From: Flectonema sp. DT1601
Taxonomy: Eukaryota
Direction of reading: 5' to 3'
Length of the DNA: 64,000 nt
NCBI GenBank assembly: GCA_964019425.1
Contig: OZ025801.1
Span: 496,001-560,000, forward strand
Shown: one piece after another, positions 9,301 to 19,400 of the stretch
How the letters are laid out: each line of letters begins with the position of its first letter
Numbering within the stretch: position 1 is the first letter of the stretch
Translations under genes and position numbers: made by a program
Notes under the pieces: model-generated
What the model was told of the DNA's origin: nothing
Seen by the model: the letters and a program-made list of their open reading frames with translations, nothing else
Databases searched by the model: none

Positions 9301-11964
9301 GTTGTTCCAGTGACCAGTTGTGTTCCAGTAGTCTGAAGTGTTGTTCCAGTGACCAGTTGTGTTCCAGTAGTCGGAAGTGTTGTTCCAGTGACCAGTTTTG
9401 TTCCAGTTGTCGGAAGTGTTGTTCCAGTGACCAGTTGTGTTCCAGTAGTCTGAAGTGTTGTTCCAGTGACCAGTTGTGTTCCAGTAGTCTGAAGTGTTGT
9501 TCCAGTGACCAGTTGTGTTCCAGTAGTCGGAAGTGTTGTTCCAGTGACCAGTTTTGTTCCAGTTGTCGGAAGTGTTGTTCCAGTGACCAGTTTTGTTCCA
9601 GTTGTTGGAAGTGTTGTTCCAGTAACCAGTTGTGTTCCAGTTGTCGGAAGTGTTGTTCCAGTAACCAGTTGTGTTCCAGTTGTCTGAAGTGTTGTTCCAG
9701 TGACCAGTTGTGTTCCAGTTGTCGGAAGTGTTGTTCCAGTAACCAGTTGTGTTCCAGTTGTCTGAAGTGTTGTTCCAGTGACCAGTTGTGTTCCAGTTGT
9801 CTGAAGTGTTGTTCCAGTGACCAGTTTTGTTCCAGTTGTCGGAAGTGTTGTTCCAGTGACCAGTTGTGTTCCAGTAGTCTGAAGTGTTGTTCCAGTGACC
9901 AGTTGTGTTCCAGTAGTCGGAAGTGTTGTTCCAGTGACCAGTTTTGTTCCAGTAGTCGGAAGTGTTGTTCCAGTGACCAGTTTTGTTCCAGTTGTCGGAA
10001 GTGTTGTTCCAGTGACCAGTTGTGTTCCAGTAGTCGGAAGTGTTGTTCCAGTGACCAGTTGTGTTCCAGTTGTCGGAAGTGTTGTTCCAGTAACCAGTTG
10101 TGTTCCAGTTGTCTGAAGTGTTGTTCCAGTGACCAGTTGTGTTCCAGTTGTCTGAAGTGTTGTTCCAGTGACCAGTTTTGTTCCAGTTGTCGGAAGTGTT
10201 GTTCCAGTGACCAGTTGTGTTCCAGTAGTCTGAAGTGTTGTTCCAGTGACCAGTTGTGTTCCAGTAGTCGGAAGTGTTGTTCCAGTGACCAGTTTTGTTC
10301 CAGTAGTCGGAAGTGTTGTTCCAGTGACCAGTTTTGTTCCAGTTGTCGGAAGTGTTGTTCCAGTGACCAGTTGTGTTCCAGTAGTCTGAAGTGTTGTTCC
10401 AGTGACCAGTTGTGTTCCAGTAGTCGGAAGTGTTGTTCCAGTGACCAGTTGTGTTCCAGTAGTCGGAAGTGTTGTTCCAGTGACCAGTTGTGTTCCAGTT
10501 GTCTGAAGTGTTGTTCCAGTGACCAGTTTTGTTCCAGTTGTCGGAAGTGTTGTTCCAGTGACCAGTTGTGTTCCAGTAGTCTGAAGTGTTGTTCCAGTGA
10601 CCAGTTGTGTTCCAGTAGTCGGAAGTGTTGTTCCAGTGACCAGTTTTGTTCCAGTAGTCGGAAGTGTTGTTCCAGTGACCAGTTTTGTTCCAGTTGTCGG
10701 AAGTGTTGTTCCAGTGACCAGTTGTGTTCCAGTAGTCTGAAGTGTTGTTCCAGTGACCAGTTGTGTTCCAGTAGTCGGAAGTGTTGTTCCAGTGACCAGT
10801 TGTGTTCCAGTAGTCGGAAGTGTTGTTCCAGTGACCAGTTGTGTTCCAGTTGTCGGAAGTGTTGTTCCAGTGACCAGTTTTGTTCCAGTTGTCGGAAGTG
10901 TTGTTCCAGTGACCAGTTGTGTTCCAGTAGTCTGAAGTGTTGTTCCAGTGACCAGTTGTGTTCCAGTAGTCGGAAGTGTTGTTCCAGTGACCAGTTGTGT
11001 TCCAGTAGTCGGAAGTGTTGTTCCAGTGACCAGTTGTGTTCCAGTTGTCTGAAGTGTTGTTCCAGTAACCAGTTGTGTTCCAGTTGTCTGAAGTGTTGTT
11101 CCAGTGACCAGTTGTGTTCCAGTAGTCGGAAGTGTTGTTCCAGTGACCAGTTTTGTTCCAGTAGTCGGAAGTGTTGTTCCAGTGACCAGTTTTGTTCCAG
11201 TTGTTGGAAGTGTTGTTCCAGTAACCAGTTGTGTTCCAGTTGTTGTTCCAGTAACCAGTTGTGTTCCAGTTGTCTGAAGTGTTGTTCCAGTGACCAGTTG
11301 TGTTCCAGTTGTCTGAAGTGTTGTTCCAGTGACCAGTTGTGTTCCAGTTGTCTGAAGTGTTGTTCCAGTGACCAGTTTTGTTCCAGTTGTCGGAAGTGTT
11401 GTTCCAGTGACCAGTTGTGTTCCAGTAGTCTGAAGTGTTGTTCCAGTGACCAGTTGTGTTCCAGTTGTCTGAAGTGTTGTTCCAGTGACCAGTTGTGTTC
11501 CAGTTGTCGGAAGTGTTGTTCCAGTGACCAGTTGTGTTCCAGTAGTCGGAAGTGTTGTTCCAGTGACCAGTTGTGTTCCAGTAGTCGGAAGTGTTGTTCC
11601 AGTGACCAGTTTTGTTCCAGTTGTCTGAAGTGTTGTTCCAGTGACCAGTTTTGTTCCAGTTGTCGGAAGTGTTGTTCCAGTAACCAGTTGTGTTCCAGTT
11701 GTCTGAAGTGTTGTTCCAGTGACCAGTTGTGTTCCAGTAGTCGGAAGTGTTGTTCCAGTGACCAGTTGTGTTCCAGTTGTCTGAAGTGTTGTTCCAGTGA
11801 CCAGATGTACTGTTCAAGTCCTTGCCACCCTGTTGTTTATCGTCGATATCGTCATAATCTGATGGGGAATCGTCAAACTTTGTATCATTCAAACTATCAA
11901 ACTCCTTATAAACATTCGTAGCTGATCCAACAGCCACCAGTACAGTGAGAAGTATGAATAACAT
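6328..11964 (-). CDS. 1878-aa type I membrane glycoprotein: signal peptide, ~88x 13-aa Trp/Asn repeats, ~22x 11-aa NNTS/GG repeats, Cys-rich modules, SEA-like region, TM, short tail
   Basis: Likely start MLFILLTVLVAVGSA at 11964; uninterrupted ORF; TM ILIAVLASQVVLILVILAAVVFYC followed by KKKKK. Confidence 0.9.
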   Translation of the reverse strand: MLFILLTVLVAVGSATNVYKEFDSLNDTKFDDSPSDYDDIDDKQQGGKDLNSTSGHWNNTSDNWNTTGHWNNTSDYWNTTGHWNNTSDNWNTTGYWNNTSDNWNKTGHWNNTSDNWNKTGHWNNTSDYWNTTGHWNNTSDYWNTTGHWNNTSDNWNTTGHWNNTSDNWNTTGHWNNTSDYWNTTGHWNNTSDNWNKTGHWNNTSDNWNTTGHWNNTSDNWNTTGHWNNTSDNWNTTGYWNNNWNTTGYWNNTSNNWNKTGHWNNTSDYWNKTGHWNNTSDYWNTTGHWNNTSDNWNTTGYWNNTSDNWNTTGHWNNTSDYWNTTGHWNNTSDYWNTTGHWNNTSDYWNTTGHWNNTSDNWNKTGHWNNTSDNWNTTGHWNNTSDYWNTTGHWNNTSDYWNTTGHWNNTSDYWNTTGHWNNTSDNWNKTGHWNNTSDYWNKTGHWNNTSDYWNTTGHWNNTSDYWNTTGHWNNTSDNWNKTGHWNNTSDNWNTTGHWNNTSDYWNTTGHWNNTSDYWNTTGHWNNTSDYWNTTGHWNNTSDNWNKTGHWNNTSDYWNKTGHWNNTSDYWNTTGHWNNTSDYWNTTGHWNNTSDNWNKTGHWNNTSDNWNTTGHWNNTSDNWNTTGYWNNTSDNWNTTGHWNNTSDYWNTTGHWNNTSDNWNKTGHWNNTSDYWNKTGHWNNTSDYWNTTGHWNNTSDYWNTTGHWNNTSDNWNKTGHWNNTSDNWNTTGHWNNTSDNWNTTGYWNNTSDNWNTTGHWNNTSDNWNTTGYWNNTSDNWNTTGYWNNTSNNWNKTGHWNNTSDNWNKTGHWNNTSDYWNTTGHWNNTSDYWNTTGHWNNTSDYWNTTGHWNNTSDNWNKTGHWNNTSDYWNTTGHWNNTSDYWNTTGHWNNTSDNWNETGHWGNTSDNWNTTGHWNNTSDNWNTTGHWNNTSDNWNTTGYWNNTSDNWNTTGYWNNTSNNWNKTGHWNNTSDNWNTTGHWNNTSDYWNTTGHWNNTSDNWNTTGYWNNTSDYWNTTGHWNNTSDNWNTTGHWNNTSDYWNTTGHWNNTSDYWNKTGHWNNTSDYWNTTGHWNNTSDNWNTTGHWNNTSDYWNTTGHWNNTSDNWNKTGHWNNTSDYWNTTGHWNNTSDYWNTTGHWNNTSDNWNTTGHWNNTSDNWNKTGHWNNTSDYWNTTGYWNNTSDNWNKTGHWNNTSDNWNTTGHWNGSVNNASGGNNTSVNNTSGGNNTSVNNASGGNNRSVNNASGGNNTSVNNTSGGNNTSVNNTSGGNNTSVNNTSGGNNTSVNNASGGNNTSVNNASGGNNTSVNNTSGGNNTSVNNTSGGNNTSVNNTSGGNNTSVNNASGGNNTSVNNASGGNNTSVNNTSGGNNTSVNNASGGNNTSVNNTSGGNNTSVNNASGGNNTSVNNTSGGNNRSVNNTSGGNNTSVNNTSGGNNTSVNNTSGGNNNPSADTPFDDNPSGVNPSGDTPFDDNPSVNNAPSDGNGNNDSNETSALSTSRNCNGSVCSGSQRCEYNVIANQYECTTIRNPCSNCTQNENCELNGGVFECITKEEKQSCGGTTCDSEKQFCSGNSQCIDQLTLCGTQICTTTERCEYENATGVFTCVASCGELNTFCEPNEDCVFGSNGRKLCTEKSQQPAMVACGLSFCNSNAAEVCVNGKCYNQQNNDNGNMSEITKQSILRGTFGFGNCSNFGEAEQTHLTNTLRSVMNDDNARVSYECGSIHFLVVGNTENGNIDTIKSKLKNQLKNETVFGPQWAFRLHPIPDTTEKCKARNGVGIYSEKKCFITECAVGYTIRFATGSAVVTCHSGDEESSSSNTILIAVLASQVVLILVILAAVVFYCKKKKKISNEPNPPNQGDDHVKVEISTALPIQTDVNTGGDQL
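7636..8362 (-). repeat. 33-bp coding minisatellite (VNN[T/A]SGGNNTS), ~22 units
   Basis: Unit gttgttcacggacgtgttattaccacctgatgt on + strand. Confidence 0.95.
8368..11803 (-). repeat. 39-bp coding minisatellite (WNNTSD[N/Y]WN[T/K]TG[H/Y]), ~88 units
   Basis: Unit gtgttgttccagtgaccagttgtgttccagtagtcggaa on + strand; one in-frame 9-bp deletion near 11240. Confidence 0.97.
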
Positions 11965-12599
11965 ATTAGTGCTAATTAGTAGCTGATTAGATATTTTGAA
12001 TTCAAACAAAGATTTGGGCAAACTTGCCAACAATTTTTTCCCCCTCTTTTTTTTCTTTTTTTTTGGACGCTCCAGACACTTGATGTAGGTGATGAATACC
12101 TGGATGTAGAAAAAATAATTACCCAACACAGCTGTTTGAAAAAAAAATATTTGAAGAAGAAAAAAAAAAAGACAAGTTGATTAAAAAAAAAGATTTGCTG
12201 AAAGCAGAGAAATCCTGATAGAGAATTAAGCCATGACTGTAACTCTACGTCGGAACAAAAAGAAAAAGTTTATTTTGCTTCATGAACCCACTCTGGAATA
12301 TCGTCCTCTGATTTACTCTGTTTTGTTGTTATTATTTTTATTTTTTTATTTTGTACGCTATCGAGATTCTTAGGGATTCTCATATGTAGTAAAAATCAGA
12401 CAGTGCAGTATTTCACACCGCCAGGGTGTAACTTTACCCTTCGAATGACGATTTTAGATGCAAAAATCAGATACAGACTTTCACTTGTGAAGAGTTTTTT
12501 ACCTCGTTTCGTGGTAAACTCCACCCCACGAGTGAAAATTAGCTGGTTTTCACTAAATGAATAGCTATTTTCTTTTTTCAATGTTCTCAAACTTAAAAG

Positions 12600-14678
12600 T
12601 CATTTGATGACATTTAGAAGAATACATACCACGTAAACTTCACCGTAGACTCCGTCTTTCATTCCTGTTTCCGCTTTTTTTCTTAATTCATCTTCGTTAT
12701 ATGTGGACACAGTGTCTTTGTTTACAGAAAACTTCTTATCTGGAGTCCTAGTAATGAACGATACCTCTGGATCAGTAAAAAGTCTGCCGACAACAGACAT
12801 CGGTACCTTTGAGATCAGTCGGTAATTAGTTGAAATTAGATCTCTTTGATAATAATTTGTTCGCATACCAACTGCTACAGTCTGCATGACACCTGTTGCC
12901 ACGACAGCATTAAGGGCAATCTGTGACAAGGTATCTCCAAGGACAACATCACCTAACGATACAGATATAGCACTTTTAATCTTATCATCGCGTTGAGCGT
13001 GAACGTGTTGTAAGTATCGTCGGTAAGTTCTTTTGATATGTTCGTAAGCCGTAGAATAAGTAGTAATCCATGAAGTAATAAGTTCATCACTACTATCTTC
13101 AAGTTGATTCATACAGAGTCTAAAAGTTTCATCGTATCGTTGTTCAATAAAAGTATCGAATAAATAAAAGTTATTAATGTAATCTTGACACTGCAATATC
13201 GCTTGTCCGATTTGGTATAGCTCGGGAGCTGGTCTCATTACTGTATTGTGAAGTAGTTTTTCACCACGTTCTTCAAGCATCAAGGCAGATGTCAACTGTT
13301 TTGGAAAAGTTTTAGAAAAAAGTTCTAAATCAGTTGTTTTTTGATGATCTACATATCTCTCTTCGTTACCGTCTTTGTTGTATGTCGACAGTGGTCGAGT
13401 TGTCAGGCACCCTAATTCATTGTCACGGAGAAATGAAAATACTGATTCTTTGTAATCATCAGCCATGGGTTCTAGTAACGCACCCCGTTCTGTTAAATTA
13501 AACGGCATTGAAACCAGTCTGAGATGATTGTCTTTGCCTCCAGCTCGCTCAGCAGCTCTTTGAACCAGTCTTAAATCAACGAAATCTTTTGTTTTTGATC
13601 CACCGAAACATTTATGTGTATCAACTCCGTAGTATGATATATTTCCTTTCTTAACGTGCTCTTCAAGAGTTGAAAAAGCATCAGTGAGATAACTCTCGAA
13701 ATCATATTCGTCTGTAAGTAATGTTTTCACAACGTGAATAGAATCAAGTATGATGATATCGACGTGGGTTAGACCTCTGCTGATTAAATTATCAATATCA
13801 GAATTCAATATATCAGGACTCAGAGAATAATAATGTCCCAACTTATCATTCGTTCTAACCAATCCAGTTAGTTTAAACAGCGCTCTGGAACTTAATTTCG
13901 TAAAATTTATCGGCGTTGATCCCGGAAGCTGTTCACTAAATCTACGAGTCAGCATATCCCCAGTGGCTTCCGGATCTGTGGTGTCTCCCATTTCAGAACG
14001 TCTTGATATCAGGTTGAGTCGGGTAGTATTTATTGATGCTGGCTTACTGATTTCTGGACCGAATGTAGATAAATCTTGTGATGTAATTAGTTTTGAAAAA
14101 TCAGGTGCGATACAATTAGTGGATTCGTTGTCGCCGTATACTTTCCATCCAAGACGTGCTATTAAGACATTACCTGATCTCGTGGTCCTAGATGGTGCTT
14201 CCAGATGAAGAAATTCCTCGAAGCAACCCAGATTTTCCAAGTCAGTGCTGTGAACGTCGTAGACGTTAATGGCTGAAGTCAAACTCGCTCTTAAAGAAGC
14301 GACTTGGTGTTCAATTCGAGAACTCATTCTCTTTACTGTTTGAGTTACTGTACTGATGTGATACGGCATTCGTGGAAATTTCTTAACCCACGGGGCCGTG
14401 ATGTCCATCCCAGCTTGTTCAAAAAACCGTTTTGTTCCTTGTTCTGTTGCTTTACCTCTTAATGCTGTTGTGTCTGTCGCTGCTTCATTGTCTTTTAGAT
14501 GAGAATCAGCCACGTCTCTTATTGACTTTGGAACTGATGTGTTTCTTGCTACTTTTAGGTCTACAATCTTTTGTTCTCTTACCATGTCTTCCTCAATCCC
14601 ACCCATCCCGTCTGTTGTACTGTAGAGCCTCACTTGACGATTGCATGATGCCAATCCTATTTTTCTTATCGCTCTCAT
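12600..14678 (-). CDS. Mitochondrion-targeted aldo/keto-reductase-fold protein, probably catalytically degenerate; 3' end may be spliced (GTATGT at 12629)
   Basis: Arg-rich presequence MRAIRKIGLASCNRQVRLYST; AKR-like motifs GKATEQGTKRF, AFSTLEEHVKKGNISYYGV, MPFNLTE, TLSQIAL...VAVGMR. Confidence 0.7.
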   Translation of the reverse strand: MRAIRKIGLASCNRQVRLYSTTDGMGGIEEDMVREQKIVDLKVARNTSVPKSIRDVADSHLKDNEAATDTTALRGKATEQGTKRFFEQAGMDITAPWVKKFPRMPYHISTVTQTVKRMSSRIEHQVASLRASLTSAINVYDVHSTDLENLGCFEEFLHLEAPSRTTRSGNVLIARLGWKVYGDNESTNCIAPDFSKLITSQDLSTFGPEISKPASINTTRLNLISRRSEMGDTTDPEATGDMLTRRFSEQLPGSTPINFTKLSSRALFKLTGLVRTNDKLGHYYSLSPDILNSDIDNLISRGLTHVDIIILDSIHVVKTLLTDEYDFESYLTDAFSTLEEHVKKGNISYYGVDTHKCFGGSKTKDFVDLRLVQRAAERAGGKDNHLRLVSMPFNLTERGALLEPMADDYKESVFSFLRDNELGCLTTRPLSTYNKDGNEERYVDHQKTTDLELFSKTFPKQLTSALMLEERGEKLLHNTVMRPAPELYQIGQAILQCQDYINNFYLFDTFIEQRYDETFRLCMNQLEDSSDELITSWITTYSTAYEHIKRTYRRYLQHVHAQRDDKIKSAISVSLGDVVLGDTLSQIALNAVVATGVMQTVAVGMRTNYYQRDLISTNYRLISKVPMSVVGRLFTDPEVSFITRTPDKKFSVNKDTVSTYNEDELRKKAETGMKDGVYGEVYVVCILLNVIK

Positions 14679-14757
14679 TTTTTTTTTTTATTATTAAAGT
14701 TGACACTAAAGAGGTAAAAAAAGGGGGGAAAAAGAAATAATCAACACAGATAAAAAC

Positions 14758-14800
<43 letters not shown>

Positions 14801-15633
14801 CCCCCTAAAAACAAACCAAACGATAACGATGTTTAACTATCGTGTGCACAACTAAAAAAAAGTAAACTCAACAGTTTCATGCTCCTACTCATAAAAAAAA
14901 GGAAAAAAGCAAGATTCTTTTCATGAGGTAATGTAGTCGTAATTAAGAAGAGGTGCGCCGCAAATATTCTTCCTTTTTATTTTATTTTTTTTTTTTAATA
15001 TGTTAGATTCAGATATCTGTTTTTAGAGAGATAAAAATATGATGTTTTTGGTGACGATACTGAAATTAAGCCTTAAAAAGCTATAAATCTGAACTGACAG
15101 AAATAAAGAAAACTGAACCACGCCTCCAAAATAGGGGTGTGCGAGGAAAGAAAAAGCAAGTTCTTTTCTTTTTTTTTTTTTTTCCCTAAGGTTCTTCTAT
15201 TCCTTGTTGGCTGATTAAAATATTAGTGACATTTGTTTTTTATTGTTTTTGTTTTCATTCTTATTTTTTCAGCGTTGTCTCAAGCACAACAAGGTTTGTT
15301 GTCTATCCCTAGGAGGTAATCATTTTCGTTGCAGCACAACGTTTATCTCCACCCTGAGTACGTTACAGGGATGTTTGCGTTCGTAGGTTTTATGTCGACA
15401 ACAGTACAGTCCTCTCACAAAGAAAACCAAAAAAAGCGGATCGAATTTCACTCTTTTTTTTTTCTTTATTTTCTCTCATACATGCTAGTCGTTCACGAAT
15501 GGGTCACTGCGACTGAAGTTACTTTTGTTGGGAAAAACTAGGCAACTCACAGTACAGGGAAAAAAGATAGAATAAAATAACATAAAAACGAAAAAAAATA
15601 CACCTTTACAGGAACTCTTTTTTTTTTTTGTTT

Positions 15634-16385
15634 GGAGAAAAAACTATTCAGATTGAAAGCCGTTATTTCTTGTGGTCATGACTTATTTTCCCTTGCGACA
15701 AGATTCTGTCTGCGTTCAACGAAAAAACTATGCCCGGCGTTAACCTCAACACCGTACTTCCCAGACTGGGCGGGAGGTGGAGGCGGTGCGGGCGTTGGCC
15801 GGTGCTGCAGTGCAGGCGATGGCAGGAAGAGAGGGGCGGCGATGGCAGAGGCACAAGCCGGACTGGAGGTCGACGCGGCCCGCGCCCAGTGCAGGCTGAT
15901 GGTGAGTGAAGCAGAGGCGGTGGTGAGGACGACCCAGCAAGAAGCCCGATCCGAGACGGAGATGGCGGGAATAAGGACCCAGTTGGAGTTGGAGAGGAGG
16001 ATGGCGAGGCTAACCCCGGGACCGGCAGCAGCACTGGTACTGGCACGGCTGACCTCGATGCTAGAAGGACTGGGTGTTGTAGATGAGGGAGGCTGGACGA
16101 CCGAGGATAACGGAGGAGGAGGAGGTGACGAAAACAAGGGCGATGACGGTGACAAAATCGGCTCCGCGGATGGTGAGGTGTGCACATCGCACTCGAGGTA
16201 CGAGGCCTCGAGGGAGCACAACGTCGGCTGATTCAGTTTCTGAACAGTTGGCACGCGGCGATGGGTGTTCTGTTGTCGTGGGATAAAATATAAGGCCTGA
16301 ATCCCGCCGCCTCTGTCCGAGGCGAGGAAGTCGGAGGAGTCAGGCTGCGTTCCACGAAATATAAGGCTAATCTGAACGGTTTTTT
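15634..16385 (+). mobile_element. Helentron/HINE-like family C copy interrupted by a ~620-bp GC-rich insert (15725-16344)
   Basis: 15634-15724 joined to 16345-16385 matches the reverse complement of 63000-63116; the insert is flanked by a 15-bp duplication ctgcgttc(a/c)acgaaa. Confidence 0.7.
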
Positions 16386-16387
16386 TC

Positions 16388-16462
16388 TTTTTCGTCGAAG
16401 ACATGTTTTACGAGCCAAAGAGAATTGTGGCAGCGTAACATTAACACCCTTTACTTTATAGG
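16388..16462 (-). repeat. Family B copy
   Basis: Reverse complement of 5921-5995. Confidence 0.85.
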
Positions 16463-19400
16463 TCTAAAAATTTGAATAAAATGAATTCCATTTACCGATG
16501 TGTACGCAGTCACACGTGAAAATAGTTATTTTTACAGATTGTTTTAGCAGTTAAGAAACTAGAGGGGGGGGGGGAAAAAAAAAAAAAAACATATGAATAA
16601 ACACACCTATAATTTTTCTTTGAGATGGAATACAACAGTAAAAAAAATCGATCGGTCAAGTTTTGCATAGATAATTTTATTTTTTGAAACTGGTTATGTT
16701 GTGAAGCAGAGAAGGTTAACTCTCGATAAGTAGCATAGTATCGTGTGTCCCCAACCGTATAGTTGTCGATTTAAAAAAAAAAAAAAAAAAAAATCATAAT
16801 AAAAGCAAGCATCAAAGAAAACGTTTTGACAATGTGTAAGAATAGATGTTATTTATTTATTTATTTATTTACGAAGCCTAGGAAGCTAAAATTCGGGATA
16901 ACAGTTATTTCGCTACCAGCCAACCGTGAGACTCTCACCGACGATAAAAGACGTGAAACATGACTACCCAAACCCACCACCCGTACAAGCAGTGTTATAA
17001 GGGTTCATTGTAAGCAGGGGAAAAAAAAAAAAGAAATTATGCATTTGAGGAAGCAAATAAATTCGATCGCTGTTCGTTGTTTATTTAGTTCCAGGGACGT
17101 TGTTCTTGTAAAATTCCTGTAAAGTCAGTTTCAATAGAAGTCCTGAAGATCGCAAAAATAAACAAGTTGGTTACGCAGTATGCGATTCAGAAAATTCGTT
17201 TTTTTTTTTTTTTTTATTCACTCCCTCTCCTCTCTCTTTCTTTTTTTTTTTTTTTTGGGGGGGATTAATCCACGACGGGTAGGTCACAAGGCCATTAAAG
17301 AAGCTCACGTCCTACCTTCGAAATAGTAATAAATGAATAAGAATTTTTTTTTTTTGAAAAAAAAAAAAACGGCAAAAAGAAAACACGGATTAAGACCGAT
17401 ATACCACTTTACAAAATAAACTGACATTTTTAAATTTTCATATTGATTGGAAAAATGGATACCTTGGGTTTGCGTGCGAATGTGTATGATATGTGAGACC
17501 TCAGTGGCCCCTGCTTGATATTTATAAAAAGAAAATGAAAAACTGAAATTCAATAGAAACATAAACCGAGAGAGAGGAAGAGGGTGAATCGAAGTGAGAG
17601 TAAAATCATGATGCCTGCCTGTTATCGAGACTCGACTACAGAGATGGTTCGTGTGTTAACAGTGGTAGTTATCCCAGATGTAAGAATCGAAACTGACGCG
17701 CAGCGTTCTTCACATTGAACTCTCTCGATTTTTTTTTCTTTTTTTTTTTTTCCTGACAAAAATATTTCGTAGTGGGGTTATGATATTAAAAAAAAAAATA
17801 ATAATAATAATAAATAAAAAAAAAACTCTAAAAAATTACTACAACAAAATAATATTTTAAAAACACTCATCCACACGGGTCAACCCAGCCAAAAAAAGGA
17901 AAAAACGCTTCCTCGGCCGTTTTCTATTTATCAAAAACAAAAACAAAAAAACTGCGCTCTTCCTTGCAGGTTAATACCCGCAATTATAAACACCGTGGGA
18001 GCATAGCTTGACAATCCCTTGGCCATGTGGTCGGTGATACCGATGATTGTTTTTCGTATCGTGAATGCTGCTAGTTAGTTATATAATCCAAACGTTACTG
18101 TATATTATGAGTGCTAGGTAACTCACAGTAACAGAGGACCCAATCCGTAGCCATATCCGTAGCCATATGCTGCAAGTAAACAATCGTGTCGGCACTTCAC
18201 AAAGTGCCATCTTCATACTTCCTTTTTTTTTTTTTTTTTTTTGTATTTTCTCTCTTTGGAATAGCATGGGTTCTATAAATAAAAAAAAATAAGTAAAAAA
18301 AAAAAAAAAAAAAAAATTTAAAAAATAAAAATTGCCAATTCCAAGGGGATTTGGAGGAATTAACATTTTTCGACCAGAAGAACAGAAAGAAAGAGAAAAA
18401 AAAAGAAAAAAAACGAGTTTTCCCTATTTATGACCGGACTTGCTTTCAGGTTGCATTACCCTACTTAAAAAAGGCACCCCTTTATAGAAACAGTTGTGAC
18501 TAGTAACTCCTGAACGAAGTGATGTAAAAGAAACATCGCAAGAACAGAACAGAGGGTCAGCTCGTGTTAAACAGCTAAATTAATTATTTTTAAAAAGACG
18601 AAATTAGAACTCGTCATTTGTGGGGTTTTTTTTTTTTTTTTTTTTTAGTTTTTTTTTTTGAAACAGAAAACAAACACGGTAGAAAAAATGCCTCAGTATA
18701 AAAATACTCACCTACCAAGAGCAGAGATGCTGCGTGCAGTCTGCAATAACAAAACATAGAAAAAAGAAAACAACAATCAAAAAAAACCTACAACGACAAA
18801 TCAGATGTCCAAACGGCTTCTAACTAATTTCATACTCCTGGGTAATGCTGCTTGGCATGGCCCTACGACGAACCTGACATAGCAGAAATACTCATATAAA
18901 AACAATGCAAGCATACCTCTGTGTGAAAAATCAAGAAAGTTCATTCTCGATATAATAGTTCTAGTTATATATTTTAAAATTTCATCCTTCCCAACCTGAA
19001 ACCCAAGTAGCTGCAAGAAATGTGTGTTCCAGTTGCATTAGAGCATCCTATCATTGAAAAAAACAAGAAAAGAAAAAAAGAAAATCGTACTATGAGGGCT
19101 CACAATGCTCTCATTCTCAATAGAAACAACGCAGGAGCTGGGCACACTCAGATAACGTGCTACTGTGCTTGTTTTTTTTTTTTTTTTTTTTATAATTCAA
19201 AAGCAGACTCCAGCAGGATAATTTACATCGCTCAGAGTAACTAGGAAGCATGTGAATATCGCAAGAGGTATTTTTTTTTTTTTTTTTTTTTTACCCCCAG
19301 GCAACACTAAAGAATTCCATAAGAACGATTCCATAAGAAGATAGAAAAAAAGAGTAGAACAGGTAGAAAGGATTCCTTTTTTATAAACGTTACCTACGGT

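Noticed and set aside
8368..11803. CRISPR-like appearance of the 39-bp periodicity
   Set aside because: No unique spacers, no cas genes, eukaryotic coding repeat
7656..11921. 1421-aa Cys/Ser-rich plus-strand ORF, and the 287-aa ORF at 7514
   Set aside because: Antisense shadows of a stop-free minisatellite; the minus frame has the signal peptide, TM and unique domains
11965..12129. N-terminal extension of the 1933-aa ORF
   Set aside because: Non-ATG start and homopolymer-derived poly-Lys; the signal peptide begins at 11964
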